From assembly GCA_000434675.1 (NCBI GenBank), contig HF988646.1, forward strand, positions 9,712 through 73,711: DNA of 64,000 nt. Direction: 5' to 3'. The DNA comes from Faecalibacterium sp. CAG:1138 (GTDB lineage Bacteria; Bacillota; Clostridia; Christensenellales; CAG-917). The position numbers were made by a program, and so were the translations under genes. The notes below the pieces were generated by a model. That model made no database searches. It worked only from the letters and a program-made list of their open reading frames with translations, and was not told the origin of the DNA. Each line of letters starts with the position of its first letter. Position 1 is the stretch's first letter. Of the stretch, positions 1 through 10,191 are shown one piece after another.

Positions 1-585
1 GGTTGTGGAAATGGTGCCTTCAATTCCCGCGCCGCCCGGCACGCACAGGCACACCGCCGGAACCACGACGTACGGCGCCGCCTGACCGATAGATTTGAGG
101 GTGCCGGAAAAACCGATAAGATTGTTTCTTTCCGTCGGATTCGGGGTGATGACCGCCGACATACCTTGCGACGGCACGTCGCCCAAAGTCATGGCGACCG
201 ACCACAAAGTGGTGGTGACGAATATGTAGGCGTAAAGAGCAAACCCCGTGAGGTTGACTTTGCAGAAAATGAGAACCGTCAGAATGGACAAAGGAATGGT
301 GGAAATGACGATAAACGGCTTAAGTTTGCCGTGTTTTCCGCCTTTTTTGCTGTCGATAAGGTTGCCGATAAGCGGATCGAAAACGGCGCTGACGAGTTTT
401 GCGGCCAGAATGATAAAGGTTACGATAACCATTTTGGACGCTTCGATCATGCCGGAGCCGCTGTAGAATTCTACCTGATAACTGTTGATGTAGAAAATGA
501 TTGCTTGCAGGCCGAACAGCCCCAAAGAGTAAAAAATAAGTTCCTTAACGGTAAGGTATTTTTTGTTTTGCAGATTTTCTTCCAT
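1..585 (-). CDS. GPH/MFS-type sugar:cation symporter, N-terminal part (gene runs off the left edge)
   Basis: Hand translation of the minus strand from ATG 585-583 gives MEENLQNKKYLTVKELIFYSLGLFGLQAIIFYINSYQVEFY...AAKLVSAVFDPLIGNLIDSKKGGKHGKLKPF. A GGAGGAGG SD lies just upstream. The DPxxG...K/R-PF loop is typical of MelB/YicJ-like carriers. The ORF is absent from the track because it is open to the window edge. Confidence 0.7.
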   Translation of the reverse strand, partial: MEENLQNKKYLTVKELIFYSLGLFGLQAIIFYINSYQVEFYSGSGMIEASKMVIVTFIILAAKLVSAVFDPLIGNLIDSKKGGKHGKLKPFIVISTIPLSILTVLIFCKVNLTGFALYAYIFVTTTLWSVAMTLGDVPSQGMSAVITPNPTERNNLIGFSGTLKSIGQAAPYVVVPAVCLCVPGGAGIEGTISTT

Positions 586-736
586 AAGCCTCCTCCCTAA
601 GTTGCGTATAATACCTTCATTGTAACAGACCTGAGACGCCAAAGTCAATATAAAATTTCAAAATATACCGCTGTGGGCGAAACTATAATTGACTTTGATT
701 CGAAATGTGTGCTAAAATATAAAAAAAGGAGACGAT

Positions 737-1240
737 ATGAAAGCGATAGTTGCAGTAGACAAAAAATGGGGAATCGGCAAAAACAACGGTTTATTGTTTC
801 AAATTGCAGAGGATATGCGCTTTTTCAGGCAACAAACCCTCGGGAAAACCGTCGTCATGGGCAGAAAGACGCTGGAATCTTTCCCAAACGGAAAGCCGCT
901 TAAAAATCGCAAAAACGTCGTTCTCGGAAATCCGAAAAATCTTGAGGGCATAGTCTCCGTGAAAAATTTTGAGGAACTAAAAACCGCGCTTTCGGGCGAA
1001 AACCAAAGCGACGTGTACGTCATCGGCGGCGGAAGCGTCTATAATCTTCTGCTTCCGTATTGCGACAGCGTTCTGGTAACCAAGGTCAAAGCAGACGGCG
1101 ACGCGGAAGTGTTTTTCCCAAATCTCGACGAGGACGAAAACTTCTTCGTCTCCTCCGACAGCGGCGACGTGGCCACGGAAAGCGGCTACACCATCAGGTT
1201 CGTCACCTACGAAAACAAAAATCCGAAGACCTGGGGTTGA
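737..1240 (+). CDS. folA: Dihydrofolate reductase
   Basis: 167 aa. MKAIVAVDKKWGIGKNNGLLFQIAEDMRFFRQQTLGKTVVMGRKTLESFP is the classic DHFR N-terminal signature. Confidence 0.9.
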   Translation: MKAIVAVDKKWGIGKNNGLLFQIAEDMRFFRQQTLGKTVVMGRKTLESFPNGKPLKNRKNVVLGNPKNLEGIVSVKNFEELKTALSGENQSDVYVIGGGSVYNLLLPYCDSVLVTKVKADGDAEVFFPNLDEDENFFVSSDSGDVATESGYTIRFVTYENKNPKTWG

Positions 1241-2406
1241 AAGTGAGCATATTTTACGACAAAAATTTAAGTCTGTCCGTGACTGCCGCAAGCGGCGTCG
1301 AGGCGGTAACAAAAAGGGAGCTTCAGGACTTGGGCTACCTTCCTTCCGCGGCGGTGAACGGCCGAATTTGCTTTTCGGGCGATTTTTCGGACGTGGCGAA
1401 GTGCAACGTCAATCTGCGTACCGCGGACAGAGTGTACGTAAATCTCGGGACGTTTTCCGCCACCACTTTCGACGAACTTTTCGACTGCGTCAAAACGATA
1501 GCATGGGAAAACGTCATCGAACCCTGCGGGAAAATAACCGTCAACGCAAAAAGCGCGGCGTCAAAACTCTTCGCGTTGTCCGCAATCCAGAGCATAACCA
1601 AAAAAGCTGTTTGCGAAAGGCTTAAGCAAAAAGGCTTTTCTTCGATTTCGGAAACGGGCGCGGACTACAGAATAAACATGAATTTTTTCAGGGACGTTTG
1701 CACGGTCAGTCTGGACACCAGCGGAGCAGGGCTTCACAAGCGCGGCTACCGAATGGAAACGGGCGAGGCGCCGATAAGGGAAACCTTGGCCGCGGCGATA
1801 TTGATGCTGAGCTACTGGAACAAAAACCGCGTGCTGGTCGATCCGTTTACGGGCAGCGGCACCATACCCATCGAAGCCGCCCTCATCGCCAACGACACGG
1901 CTCCCGGGCTGAAAAGAGAATTTCTTTTCGACACGTGGCCGAACGCGCCGAAGGTGCTTTCCGCGGCAAAAGAGGAGGCGCAAGCAAAGGTCAAAGACGA
2001 AACCGACCTCAGAATCAGCGGTTTCGACATCGACGGCAAGGCCCTGAAGCTCGCCGTCAGACACGCCAAGCTTGCCGGCGTGGACAAATACGTGCATTTT
2101 CAAACCGAAGACATGCGCAACATTTCCTCAAGGTTTTCGCATGGAGTGATGGTGGCAAATCCGCCGTACGGCGAACGACTTATGACGGAAAACGAAGTCG
2201 CGGCGTTATATAAGGATTTCGGAAAACTGTTCTTTTCGCTGGACGAATGGAGCCTTTACGCCATAACCGCATACGGAAATTTTGAAAGAGCCTTCGGAAA
2301 GCGCGCTGACAAAACACGCAAACTCTATAACGGCGGACTGGAATGCCGGTTGTTCGAATACTTCGGCACGCCGCCGAAAAAAATCGTCAGGGAGGATCGA
2401 GAATAA
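1237..2406 (+). CDS. THUMP domain-containing class I SAM-dependent RNA methyltransferase
   Basis: Has a THUMP-like N-terminus (LSVTAASGVEAVTKRELQDLGY), the SAM motif DPFTGSGTIPIEAA and NPPYGERL. The track start at 1060 overlaps folA, so TTG 1237 or GTG 1243 at the folA stop is more plausible. Confidence 0.8.
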   Translation: MKVSIFYDKNLSLSVTAASGVEAVTKRELQDLGYLPSAAVNGRICFSGDFSDVAKCNVNLRTADRVYVNLGTFSATTFDELFDCVKTIAWENVIEPCGKITVNAKSAASKLFALSAIQSITKKAVCERLKQKGFSSISETGADYRINMNFFRDVCTVSLDTSGAGLHKRGYRMETGEAPIRETLAAAILMLSYWNKNRVLVDPFTGSGTIPIEAALIANDTAPGLKREFLFDTWPNAPKVLSAAKEEAQAKVKDETDLRISGFDIDGKALKLAVRHAKLAGVDKYVHFQTEDMRNISSRFSHGVMVANPPYGERLMTENEVAALYKDFGKLFFSLDEWSLYAITAYGNFERAFGKRADKTRKLYNGGLECRLFEYFGTPPKKIVREDRE

Positions 2407-2589
2407 ATGGACGAAAAAGAAAAACAACGCCTCATCGCCAAGCTGAAACGCGGCGAAAACGGCGACACCGCCCGCGACGACGACGATTTATACAAATCGG
2501 AATCGCTGATGAAAAAAGCGGACAAATTCAAAAGCAACTACAAGGATTATTACGACGACGTCAAGCTTCACATAAAAGAAGACTGGTGA
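2407..2589 (+). CDS. Small charged hypothetical protein (60 aa)
   Basis: The ATG abuts the stop of the upstream gene (TAAATG), and a terminator hairpin follows. No recognisable domain. Confidence 0.35.
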   Translation: MDEKEKQRLIAKLKRGENGDTARDDDDLYKSESLMKKADKFKSNYKDYYDDVKLHIKEDW

Positions 2590-2599
2590 AAAACGATAA

Positions 2600-2636
2600 A
2601 AAAAAGCGGAAGGCATCTCCCGCTTTTTCTTTTTTA
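2600..2636. terminator. Bidirectional intrinsic terminator between convergent genes
   Basis: Hairpin AAGCGGAAGGCATCTCCCGCTT flanked by an A-run and a T-run. Confidence 0.55.
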
Positions 2637-2642
2637 TTTTGC

Positions 2643-3437
2643 CTATTTCAGATCTTTTTTGTTGATCATAAATATGCCGAGGTCGGCGAAAAGCCCCACG
2701 CAAAACACGCCCGTCAAAAGATACAGCCACCATTCTTTTGTGGAAGGGCCGATGCCTGCAGCAACCGTGGACTGCGCGGCAGTTAGCAGATAAGGGCTGA
2801 TTTTGGACAGCCATTCGGTGCTTTCCTTCAAAGAACCGAGGGATAGAAGCGAACCCAGCCCCGACACGACGAGATCGACGACCACCAGACAGAATATCAA
2901 CGTTCCGCCCGTCCCGCGGATGAAGGTTGCGACGAACATATAGCATTGTGCAAGCGCCGTCGTAAGCAAGCCGTTCATCAGCCACGCGCGCAGGAAATAC
3001 CATATTTCCACCGCGCCGCTGCCGCCGTACGTCCCGAAGCATATAAGACCAAGAAGAAGCTTGAACACCATCATCAGCAGAATTGTGCCGAAAATCGCCG
3101 CCGAAATCACGATGCTTTTGGAAAGATAAAGCTGCGTGCGGCTTGCGCCCGAGGACACGGCGTTTCTCAGCGCTCCGTTCTGGAATTCGGAAGCGAACAT
3201 CAGCGCCACCCATATCGCAAGATAAATGGTGAGGTCGACGCTCAGCGCAACGTCTTTTGCCGTCGAAATGTCGAAGCTGTCGCCGAGGAAAACTTTGCCT
3301 CCGTCCGAATCTTCTCCCACCGGTATTTTCATTGTAACCACGGTCAGAAGAGTCGCAATGGCAAGGATTATGAGGCAAACCTTAAAGGTTTTTTGCCGGT
3401 ATAGTTTGTAAAAGTCGGCACGTAACAAATTTTTCAT
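2643..3437 (-). CDS. ABC-2 type transporter permease
   Basis: 264 aa, polytopic and hydrophobic, with the MKNLLRADFYKLYRQKTFKV start typical of ABC-2/lantibiotic-immunity-type permeases. Overlaps the upstream ATPase gene by 4 nt. Confidence 0.75.
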   Translation of the reverse strand: MKNLLRADFYKLYRQKTFKVCLIILAIATLLTVVTMKIPVGEDSDGGKVFLGDSFDISTAKDVALSVDLTIYLAIWVALMFASEFQNGALRNAVSSGASRTQLYLSKSIVISAAIFGTILLMMVFKLLLGLICFGTYGGSGAVEIWYFLRAWLMNGLLTTALAQCYMFVATFIRGTGGTLIFCLVVVDLVVSGLGSLLSLGSLKESTEWLSKISPYLLTAAQSTVAAGIGPSTKEWWLYLLTGVFCVGLFADLGIFMINKKDLK

Positions 3438-4348
3438 TTTTCGCCTCCTTCCATAAGCTTCAGGAAGTAGCTTTCCGGATCGTCCTCCGTAAGCGACAGT
3501 TCCGTCGGAATGACGTTGTTGTCCACCAACGATTTCATCACAAACGGGACGTTATCGGTGAAATCGTAAAGATAAACATAGCCGTTTGTCATTTTATAAT
3601 TTTTAGTGCCAAGCACGTTTTCGAGCACGCGTATCACGCCCAAGCTGTCGGCGCAGCCGATTTTGACGGCTTTGGTCAGGCGAGTCTGAAGCTGCGAAAC
3701 GGTGAACTGATCCACCATTTTGCCGTTTGCGATGACGCCGTAAACCCCGGCAAGCTTGGTCAGCTCGCCTAAAATGTGGCTGCTTATAAATACAGTCACG
3801 CCTCTGCGGTTAAGCTCGAGCAAAAGATCTCTTATTTCCACGATTCCCGCAGGGTCCAGACCGTTTATCGGCTCGTCGAGCATCAGAAGCTTCGGTTCGC
3901 CGATAAGAGCCACGGCGATGCCGAGGCGCTGCTTCATGCCGAGAGAAAAGTTCTTTACTTTTTTATGATCTTTCGGATCGAGGCCCACTTTTATGAGCGC
4001 GTCTTCGGAAAGCTCTTTCGGCTCCAGTCCGAGTTGAAGCCTTCTGATTTCCATGTTTTCAAGAGCGGTCATATTGCCGTAGAAAGACGGCGATTCTATC
4101 AGGCATCCCATGTTCTTTCTGGCATTCACAAGTTCTTTTTTACCGCTACTTCCGAAAATCGCAATTTCGCCGGAATCGGGTGCGGCGAGGCCTCCGATAA
4201 GGCGCATTACGGTGGTTTTGCCCGCGCCGTTTTTGCCGATGAAGCCGTAAATTTCACCTTCTTTTATGGCAAGGCTGACGTTTTTGACAACGGCCTTGTC
4301 CTTATAAACCTTGGTAAGATTTGAGGCTTGTATCGCGTATTTTGCCAT
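3434..4348 (-). CDS. ABC transporter ATP-binding protein
   Basis: Walker A GKNGAGKTT, ABC signature LGMKQRL, Walker B LLMLDEP. Confidence 0.9.
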   Translation of the reverse strand: MAKYAIQASNLTKVYKDKAVVKNVSLAIKEGEIYGFIGKNGAGKTTVMRLIGGLAAPDSGEIAIFGSSGKKELVNARKNMGCLIESPSFYGNMTALENMEIRRLQLGLEPKELSEDALIKVGLDPKDHKKVKNFSLGMKQRLGIAVALIGEPKLLMLDEPINGLDPAGIVEIRDLLLELNRRGVTVFISSHILGELTKLAGVYGVIANGKMVDQFTVSQLQTRLTKAVKIGCADSLGVIRVLENVLGTKNYKMTNGYVYLYDFTDNVPFVMKSLVDNNVIPTELSLTEDDPESYFLKLMEGGEK

Positions 4349-4376
4349 TTTTAAGTTACCTCCCGTTATGGAGCCT

Positions 4377-4880
4377 TCAGCTCCAGAAACTGTTTCGTTT
4401 TTTCCCGTGATTGCATTCGTCGAAAACGATTGCGAGCGCCACCGAAAGAAGCGCCGTTTTCGGATCCTGAACGTCCAGCACGTAAGCGTCCCTTATTGCC
4501 AGCACTTTTTTGTTAGTCTGGGCAACGACCGTTCCGTCTTCGGCAAGCAGGCGATAGCTGTATGAGAAAAGGCTGCCGTCGATCGAAAGGTTTCCGAATT
4601 CTACGGTTTGTATGTTGAATTTCGGCTTGATCAGACTGAACTTGGCGTTGACTTTCGCAATCACGTCGCCTTCCGGAGTTTCGACGTCGTAGTGAGCAAA
4701 GAAGTGCCAAAGTTTGTGCCTGACAATCAGAAGATCGTTTCCGTTGACGTCTTTTATCGCAAAGCGTTTCGGAATTTTGACGAGAGATCCCTTAACTTCC
4801 AGAACTCTGTTTCCGGAAACGTCGGTGATAAAGAAGCTGTCGCGAATGGCGAGCATTCGTTGTTTTATGACAAATTGCAT
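4377..4880 (-). CDS. LURP-one-related (DUF567, tubby-like fold) family protein
   Basis: MQFVIKQRMLAIRDSFFITDVSGN...KVLAIRDAYVLDV shows the repeated LAIRD pattern typical of the family. The start was moved to ATG 4880, which has an AGGAGGA SD. Confidence 0.55.
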   Translation of the reverse strand: MQFVIKQRMLAIRDSFFITDVSGNRVLEVKGSLVKIPKRFAIKDVNGNDLLIVRHKLWHFFAHYDVETPEGDVIAKVNAKFSLIKPKFNIQTVEFGNLSIDGSLFSYSYRLLAEDGTVVAQTNKKVLAIRDAYVLDVQDPKTALLSVALAIVFDECNHGKKRNSFWS

Positions 4881-4982
4881 GCGGTATCCTCCTTGTTCGT
4901 TAGCTACCATTATATCAAACTCTGCAAAATATTGCAACTACAATTTTATTTTGCCTTATTTCCTGCCTGCAATTTCAATCGG

Positions 4983-5011
4983 TTGACTGAGCGACGAAAA
5001 ATATATATAAT
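4983..5011 (+). promoter_or_regulatory. Sigma-A type promoter upstream of purA
   Basis: TTGACT, a 17-nt spacer, then TATAAT. Confidence 0.55.
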
Positions 5012-5058
5012 ATTTTCCGTAAATGGGCGCAAGCTCAAAAAGTTTCGGAGGATAAAAT

Positions 5059-6330
5059 ATGTTAACAAGTATCGTCGGTATCAACTGGGGCGATGAAGGC
5101 AAAGGCCGCATGGTCGATTTGCTCAGCTCGGATTATGACGTCGTTTGCAGGTATCAGGGCGGCAACAACGCCGGCCACACCGTGGTCAACCACCTTGGGA
5201 AATTCGTTTTGAATTTATTGCCTAGCGGCATACTTCGTCCGGAGGTCGTCAACGTTATGGGCAACGGCATGGTCATAGACCTCGAGCACCTCTCAAAAGA
5301 GGTCGGCAGGCTCAGGGCGGCGGGCGTCAGCATCACTCCCGACAACCTGAAAATCAGCGAAAGAGCCGTCATCTGCATGCCTTATCACGTTTTGCAGGAC
5401 TGCTTGGAGGAAGATCGTCTGGGCGACGCAAAATACGGCAGCACCAAACGCGGTATAGCTCCGGTTTACGGCGACAAATACTTGAAAAAAGTCATCAGAA
5501 TGGGCGATTTGAGGTATCCTGAATTTCTGGAAAGACGGGTTAAAGAAATCGTTGACTGGAAAAACCTCTTCATCAGAGACGCCTACAAAGCCGACGCCGT
5601 CAGCGCGGACGAAATGGTCGCGTGGCTCAAAAAATTCGGCGGAGAATTTCTGGACTACGTCTCGGACGTGGGCAGCTATCTGAACGACGCCGCAAAGGCC
5701 GGCAAAAACATTATGTTCGAAGCGCAGCTCGGCGCGCTCAGGGACATTGATTTCGGCATCAATCCGTACACCTCCAGCTCCAACACCGTTGCGGCATACG
5801 CGCCTGTCGGCGCAGGCGTTCCGAATTTGAAGCTCGACAAAGTCGTGGGCATCATGAAGGCTTACAGCAGCTGCGTGGGCGAAGGTCCTTACACGGTCGA
5901 GGCTTTCGGCGAATTTGCGCACGAACTCAGGGAAGCGGGCGGCGAATACGGCGCGGCAACCGGCAGACCTAGAAGAGTCGGCGGCTTCGACGTCGTTGCT
6001 TCCAGATACGGTTGCAGAATGCAGGGCGCAGACGAAATCGCTTTGACGAAACTGGACGTTCTGTCCGTGTTTGACGAAATTCCTGTCTGCGTCGCCTACG
6101 ACGTAAACGGCACCCTGGTTTCCGAGTTCCCGTTCGGCGAAGACCTTACCGTCGCAAAACCCGTATTCGAATATCTCAAGGGTTGGAAATCCGACATTTC
6201 CTCCGTCAGAAAATTCGAGGATCTTCCGAAAGAAGCGCAGGACTACGTTACTTTCATCGAAAAATCCGTCGGCTGCAACATCAGATACGTATCCGTCGGC
6301 GCGGAAAGAGACGCATACATCGAAAAATAA
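5059..6330 (+). CDS. purA: Adenylosuccinate synthase
   Basis: N-terminal [16 protein letters not shown]...[11 protein letters not shown] and 423 aa overall are canonical for PurA. Confidence 0.95.
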   Translation: MLTSIVGINWGDEGKGRMVDLLSSDYDVVCRYQGGNNAGHTVVNHLGKFVLNLLPSGILRPEVVNVMGNGMVIDLEHLSKEVGRLRAAGVSITPDNLKISERAVICMPYHVLQDCLEEDRLGDAKYGSTKRGIAPVYGDKYLKKVIRMGDLRYPEFLERRVKEIVDWKNLFIRDAYKADAVSADEMVAWLKKFGGEFLDYVSDVGSYLNDAAKAGKNIMFEAQLGALRDIDFGINPYTSSSNTVAAYAPVGAGVPNLKLDKVVGIMKAYSSCVGEGPYTVEAFGEFAHELREAGGEYGAATGRPRRVGGFDVVASRYGCRMQGADEIALTKLDVLSVFDEIPVCVAYDVNGTLVSEFPFGEDLTVAKPVFEYLKGWKSDISSVRKFEDLPKEAQDYVTFIEKSVGCNIRYVSVGAERDAYIEK

Positions 6331-6344
6331 CGAACCGAATAAAG

Positions 6345-6375
6345 ACTGCGACACCGTTTCGGTGTCGCTTTTTCG
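6345..6375 (+). terminator. Intrinsic terminator after purA
   Basis: Hairpin GCGACACCGTTTCGGTGTCGC followed by TTTTTC. Confidence 0.7.
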
Positions 6376-6421
6376 TGGTCTAATCGCGCCTGCCGGCGAA
6401 TAAATTATGCGGGAGGTGCTT

Positions 6422-7267
6422 ATGCAGATAAGATTCAGAAAAATTCAGGCGGCAGGAAACGACTACGTTTATATATCAAATTTCGACAGACGAATTCTTA
6501 ACAAATCGGAGCTTGCAAAAATTTTGTCCGACAGACATTTCGGAGTGGGCGGCGACGGAGTGGTTTTCGTCGAGGACAGCCCGACGTTCGACGGCAAAAT
6601 GGTTATGTTCAACGCCGACGGAACAGAGGGAAATATGTGCGGGAACGCCATACGCGCGGTTGCCAAAATTTTGTCGGAAAACGGCCGAATAACGGGCGAT
6701 TTGGCCGTTATAGACACAAAAAGCGGCCCCAAAGAGGTTCGTATTTTGAAGAGAGATCCGTTCGTTGCGAAAGTGGATATGGGACACGTAAGTTTTTCGG
6801 GAGCGGACTTGCCCGTAAACTTTAAGGGCGATTGCACGGAAATCCCGTTTACTAATCGCGGCAGAAAACGCATTTTCTCGGCGGTTTCGACGGGCAATTT
6901 CCATGCGGTTACCACCGTCAACTCGGTGGCCGGCCTTGACCTTTCGAAAATGAAAAAGGCTATCTTGTCAAGCGGCTTTTTCCAAGGTGACGTAAACGTC
7001 GAAGTTTGCGAGATATTGTCAGAATCTGCAGTTAAAGTGCGCGTTTTTGAGCGTGGAACAGGCGAAACGCTCGCTTGCGGCACGGGGGCAACTGCGGCCG
7101 TCGCCGCGCTCAGGCGCCGAAATCTGCTTTTTTCAAAAACCGTCGACGTCTATATGAAAGGCGGCAAATTGCAGGTGGAAGAAGACGGCGGGCGTTTCTT
7201 TCTGACGGGCGAGGCCGAGGACGTTTTCGAAGGAACGGCGTATGCGGAGGTCGTCTATGATAAATAA
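6422..7267 (+). CDS. dapF: Diaminopimelate epimerase
   Basis: QAAGNDYVYI and the second active-site region ETLACGTGATAA are present. Start chosen at ATG 6422, after a GGGAGG SD. Confidence 0.9.
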   Translation: MQIRFRKIQAAGNDYVYISNFDRRILNKSELAKILSDRHFGVGGDGVVFVEDSPTFDGKMVMFNADGTEGNMCGNAIRAVAKILSENGRITGDLAVIDTKSGPKEVRILKRDPFVAKVDMGHVSFSGADLPVNFKGDCTEIPFTNRGRKRIFSAVSTGNFHAVTTVNSVAGLDLSKMKKAILSSGFFQGDVNVEVCEILSESAVKVRVFERGTGETLACGTGATAAVAALRRRNLLFSKTVDVYMKGGKLQVEEDGGRFFLTGEAEDVFEGTAYAEVVYDK

Positions 7268-8378
7268 CAATTTTTTCGATTTAAGGGCAAACTACGTCTT
7301 TTCGGAGGTTGCGCAGAAAGTTAAAGAATTTAAGGAGCAAAATCCCGATGTAAACCTTACCTCGTACGGCATAGGCGACGTTTGTTTTCCGCTGTCGAAA
7401 ACCGTCGTAACCGCGCTTGAAAATGCTGCGGCCGGTCTTGGCACCGACGACGGATTTTTGGGTTATCAGGACGAAGGCGGCATAAAAGCGCTGAAAGCCG
7501 CCGTTTCGAATTTCTACAAAAACCGCCGAAAAGTTTCCGTTTCCGAAAACGAAATTTTCGTTTCCGACGGTGCAAAAAGCGACATAGGCGGACTTCTGGA
7601 GCTGTTTTCGACAAGTTCCGTCGTGCTGGTTTCCGATCCCGTTTATCCCGCCTACGTCGATGCGGCCACCATTCGCGGCTTAGCCGTACAAACCGTTTCG
7701 GCGACTCCCGAAAATCGGTTTTTGCCGGAGCCTCCGGATTTTTCCGCCGACGTGATTTTTTTATGCTCGCCGTCAAATCCCACGGGTGCGACGTATGATT
7801 ATGCGGGGCTCGAAAAATGGGTGAGATATGCAAAAAAAGTCGGCGCGGTTATTCTTTTCGACGCGGCTTATGCCGAATTTTCGCCCGACGGTTTCCCTAA
7901 AAGCATCTACGAAATCGACGGTGCAAAAGAAGTTGCAATCGAAATTTCAAGCCTCAGCAAATCGCACGGCTTTACGGGCCTCAGATGCGGATGGAGCGTC
8001 GTTCCCGATGAGCTCGAAACGTCGGGCGTCAGACTCAACAAGTTCTGGCGGCGCAGACAGGCGGCAAGGTTCAACGGAGCCTCCGTTCTGGCACAGGCAG
8101 GTGCGGTGGCGGCGCTTTCCGAGGAAGGCTTGTCGGAAGCTTCCGTCTATATAAACCACTATAAGCGCAACGCCGAAGCACTGAAAAACCGACTTATAGA
8201 AGAAGGCTTGCAGGTTTTCGGCAGCGCGCCGTATCTTTGGGTGAAATGCCCAAGCGGGTTTACCGACGAAAGCTATTTCGATTATTGCCTGAGCCAAAAG
8301 CACGAAATCGTAACTCCGGGCAGCGGATTCGGAAGCTCGGGCAAAGAATTCGTCAGATACAGCTGTTTTTTCAGATAA
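7257..8378 (+). CDS. dapL: LL-diaminopimelate aminotransferase (class I aminotransferase)
   Basis: MINNNFFDLRANYVFSEVAQKV...YGIGDVCFPL is a DapL-type N-terminus, and SLSKSHGFTGLRCGW is the PLP-lysine motif. The gene lies adjacent to dapF. Confidence 0.75.
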   Translation: MINNNFFDLRANYVFSEVAQKVKEFKEQNPDVNLTSYGIGDVCFPLSKTVVTALENAAAGLGTDDGFLGYQDEGGIKALKAAVSNFYKNRRKVSVSENEIFVSDGAKSDIGGLLELFSTSSVVLVSDPVYPAYVDAATIRGLAVQTVSATPENRFLPEPPDFSADVIFLCSPSNPTGATYDYAGLEKWVRYAKKVGAVILFDAAYAEFSPDGFPKSIYEIDGAKEVAIEISSLSKSHGFTGLRCGWSVVPDELETSGVRLNKFWRRRQAARFNGASVLAQAGAVAALSEEGLSEASVYINHYKRNAEALKNRLIEEGLQVFGSAPYLWVKCPSGFTDESYFDYCLSQKHEIVTPGSGFGSSGKEFVRYSCFFR

Positions 8379-8441
8379 CATACTTTACACACGCGGAAAA
8401 ATATATTAAACTTATTATAGAAACACATACGGAGGGGACCT

Positions 8442-10133
8442 ATGCTGTCTAACTATAAATTCAAGCTATATTATAACGTCGGCTCGGTCGGCAAAATTTC
8501 ATCCGAAAATCCGGACGATTTCGACGTTTCGATTTTCGACGACGGCGTGCGCCTCAAAATTACCTTGCTTCCAAAGAAACCTTTGGAGCTTGTTTGGGCG
8601 GAAATCAAATGCAAATATAACTATCAGGACGATTGCCGTGTTTTCGTCAACGGCTATCAGAGCTGGTCGGAAAGCAGGGAATACCTTAAGGGCGAAAAGC
8701 TTGTCGGGCTTCCGGGCATCGGCAAATGGAAAATCGCCCGCAAATACACCACTATAAGCGGCGACTATCACATAAAGGATTATCCTAACCTCGCCAATCG
8801 TTTTCACGGCTACACCTTCGGCTACGTCCGCAACGGCTCGCAGGTCGATTTTGTGGGCAGCTTGTCAGAAAGAGAAGGCTACACCGTCATAAACTACAAT
8901 CTGAACGAAAACAGCCTCGTCGTCGAAAAGGACGTAGAGGGCAAAACCGTGTCCGAAAGCTACGTTTTGTTTGATATTATCCGCATTTCTGACACTTATG
9001 ACCGTGTTTTTGACACATATTTTGAAAAAATGGGTATAACGCCGCCGAAAATGCAAAGGATGTGCGGTTACACCACTTGGTACAACTATTACAACAAAAT
9101 CACCGAAAAAATCGTTATGAGGGATCTCGAGGCTTTCGACGCAGTAAAAGAAAAGGTGGACGTTTTCCAGATAGACGACGGCTATCAGACGGCCGTTGGC
9201 GACTGGCTGTCGGTTGACAAGGTCAAGTTCCCTTCCGGAATGAAAGCGGTTGCGGGCGCAATTCATCAAAAAGGCTACAAAGCGGGCATCTGGCTGGCTC
9301 CTCTGAACGCGCAGAAAAATTCCGTCGTAGCAAAAACCCATCCCGACTGGCTCATCAAGGGCGACAATGGCAAACCTATTCTGACTTGCGTCGGCTGGGG
9401 CGGCGCGTACGCCCTGGACATCGAAAACGAAGAGTGCAGGGCATATATCCGTCATTTCTTCGACGTCATACTCAACGAATGGGGCTTCGACATGGTGAAG
9501 CTTGACTTTTTGTATTCCGCGGCGCGTATGGCCAGAAACAACAAAACGCACGGCCAGCTTATGTGCGAGGCCATGGACTTTTTGAGGGAGTGCGTGGGCG
9601 ATAAGCTGATTTTGGGTTGCGGAGTTCCGCTTGGCCCGTCATTTGGAAAAGTGGACATGTGCCGAATCGGCTCCGACGCCGAAATTCAGTTTAAGGACAG
9701 GTTCTATGTGCACTTCACCAATCGTGAAATCATCAGCACCAAAACCGCGCTCAAAAACACCATGTTCAGGCGTTGTCTGAATCATCGGGTATTTTTGAAC
9801 GATCCCGACGTGTTCTTCTTCAGAAACACCAAGCGCGCTCCTATCGGCGGCGAAAAAGCAAAGCGCCTCAAATACACCGAACAGCAGAAACAACTTCTGG
9901 CAGAGGTTTGCAGCATGTTCGGAAGTGTGCTTTTCACCAGCGATTCGGTTGCCGAATACGACGAAAATCAAATAAAAAGTCTTTTGAACACCTACGCCGA
10001 AAAAGACAGAACGGACGTTTCTGTCGACTACGTAGGCGACGACGTTGCGGTTGTGGTTTACAGTGAGGACGGAAAGAGAATCGAGTGGACGATCGATATG
10101 TCCACCGGCGAAAACAGCAAGCGTCAAATCTGA
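8442..10133 (+). CDS. Glycoside hydrolase family 36-like alpha-galactosidase
   Basis: TWYNYY, FQIDDGYQTAVGDW, KAGIWLAPL and VKLDFLY are motifs typical of the GH36 catalytic barrel. Confidence 0.75.
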   Translation: MLSNYKFKLYYNVGSVGKISSENPDDFDVSIFDDGVRLKITLLPKKPLELVWAEIKCKYNYQDDCRVFVNGYQSWSESREYLKGEKLVGLPGIGKWKIARKYTTISGDYHIKDYPNLANRFHGYTFGYVRNGSQVDFVGSLSEREGYTVINYNLNENSLVVEKDVEGKTVSESYVLFDIIRISDTYDRVFDTYFEKMGITPPKMQRMCGYTTWYNYYNKITEKIVMRDLEAFDAVKEKVDVFQIDDGYQTAVGDWLSVDKVKFPSGMKAVAGAIHQKGYKAGIWLAPLNAQKNSVVAKTHPDWLIKGDNGKPILTCVGWGGAYALDIENEECRAYIRHFFDVILNEWGFDMVKLDFLYSAARMARNNKTHGQLMCEAMDFLRECVGDKLILGCGVPLGPSFGKVDMCRIGSDAEIQFKDRFYVHFTNREIISTKTALKNTMFRRCLNHRVFLNDPDVFFFRNTKRAPIGGEKAKRLKYTEQQKQLLAEVCSMFGSVLFTSDSVAEYDENQIKSLLNTYAEKDRTDVSVDYVGDDVAVVVYSEDGKRIEWTIDMSTGENSKRQI

Positions 10134-10191
10134 CGTAAAAAAGTGTTTATACGTCGATTTATGACGATAAAATGTTTTTAGGGAGAAACAA

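Noticed and set aside
1060-1236. Track start of the THUMP methyltransferase at 1060, overlapping folA by 180 nt
   Set aside because: The N-terminal 59 residues are an Arg-rich alternative-frame reading of folA. The THUMP domain starts at about 1243, and TTG/GTG starts sit at the folA stop.
5293-6354. Long antisense ORF (353 aa) opposite purA. Similar shadow ORFs: 42156-43706 (minus, opposite nrdD/trxB), 34295-35512 (minus, opposite dnaE), 37243-38298 (minus, opposite pfp), 15725-16729 (plus, opposite the ADH gene), 20130-21065 (minus), 13070-13882 (minus), 18032-18898 and 18899-19633 (minus)
   Set aside because: Each lies entirely opposite a gene with unmistakable conserved motifs. Their translations are low-complexity and Arg/Ala/Val-rich with no motifs, which is typical of shadow frames in GC-biased coding DNA.
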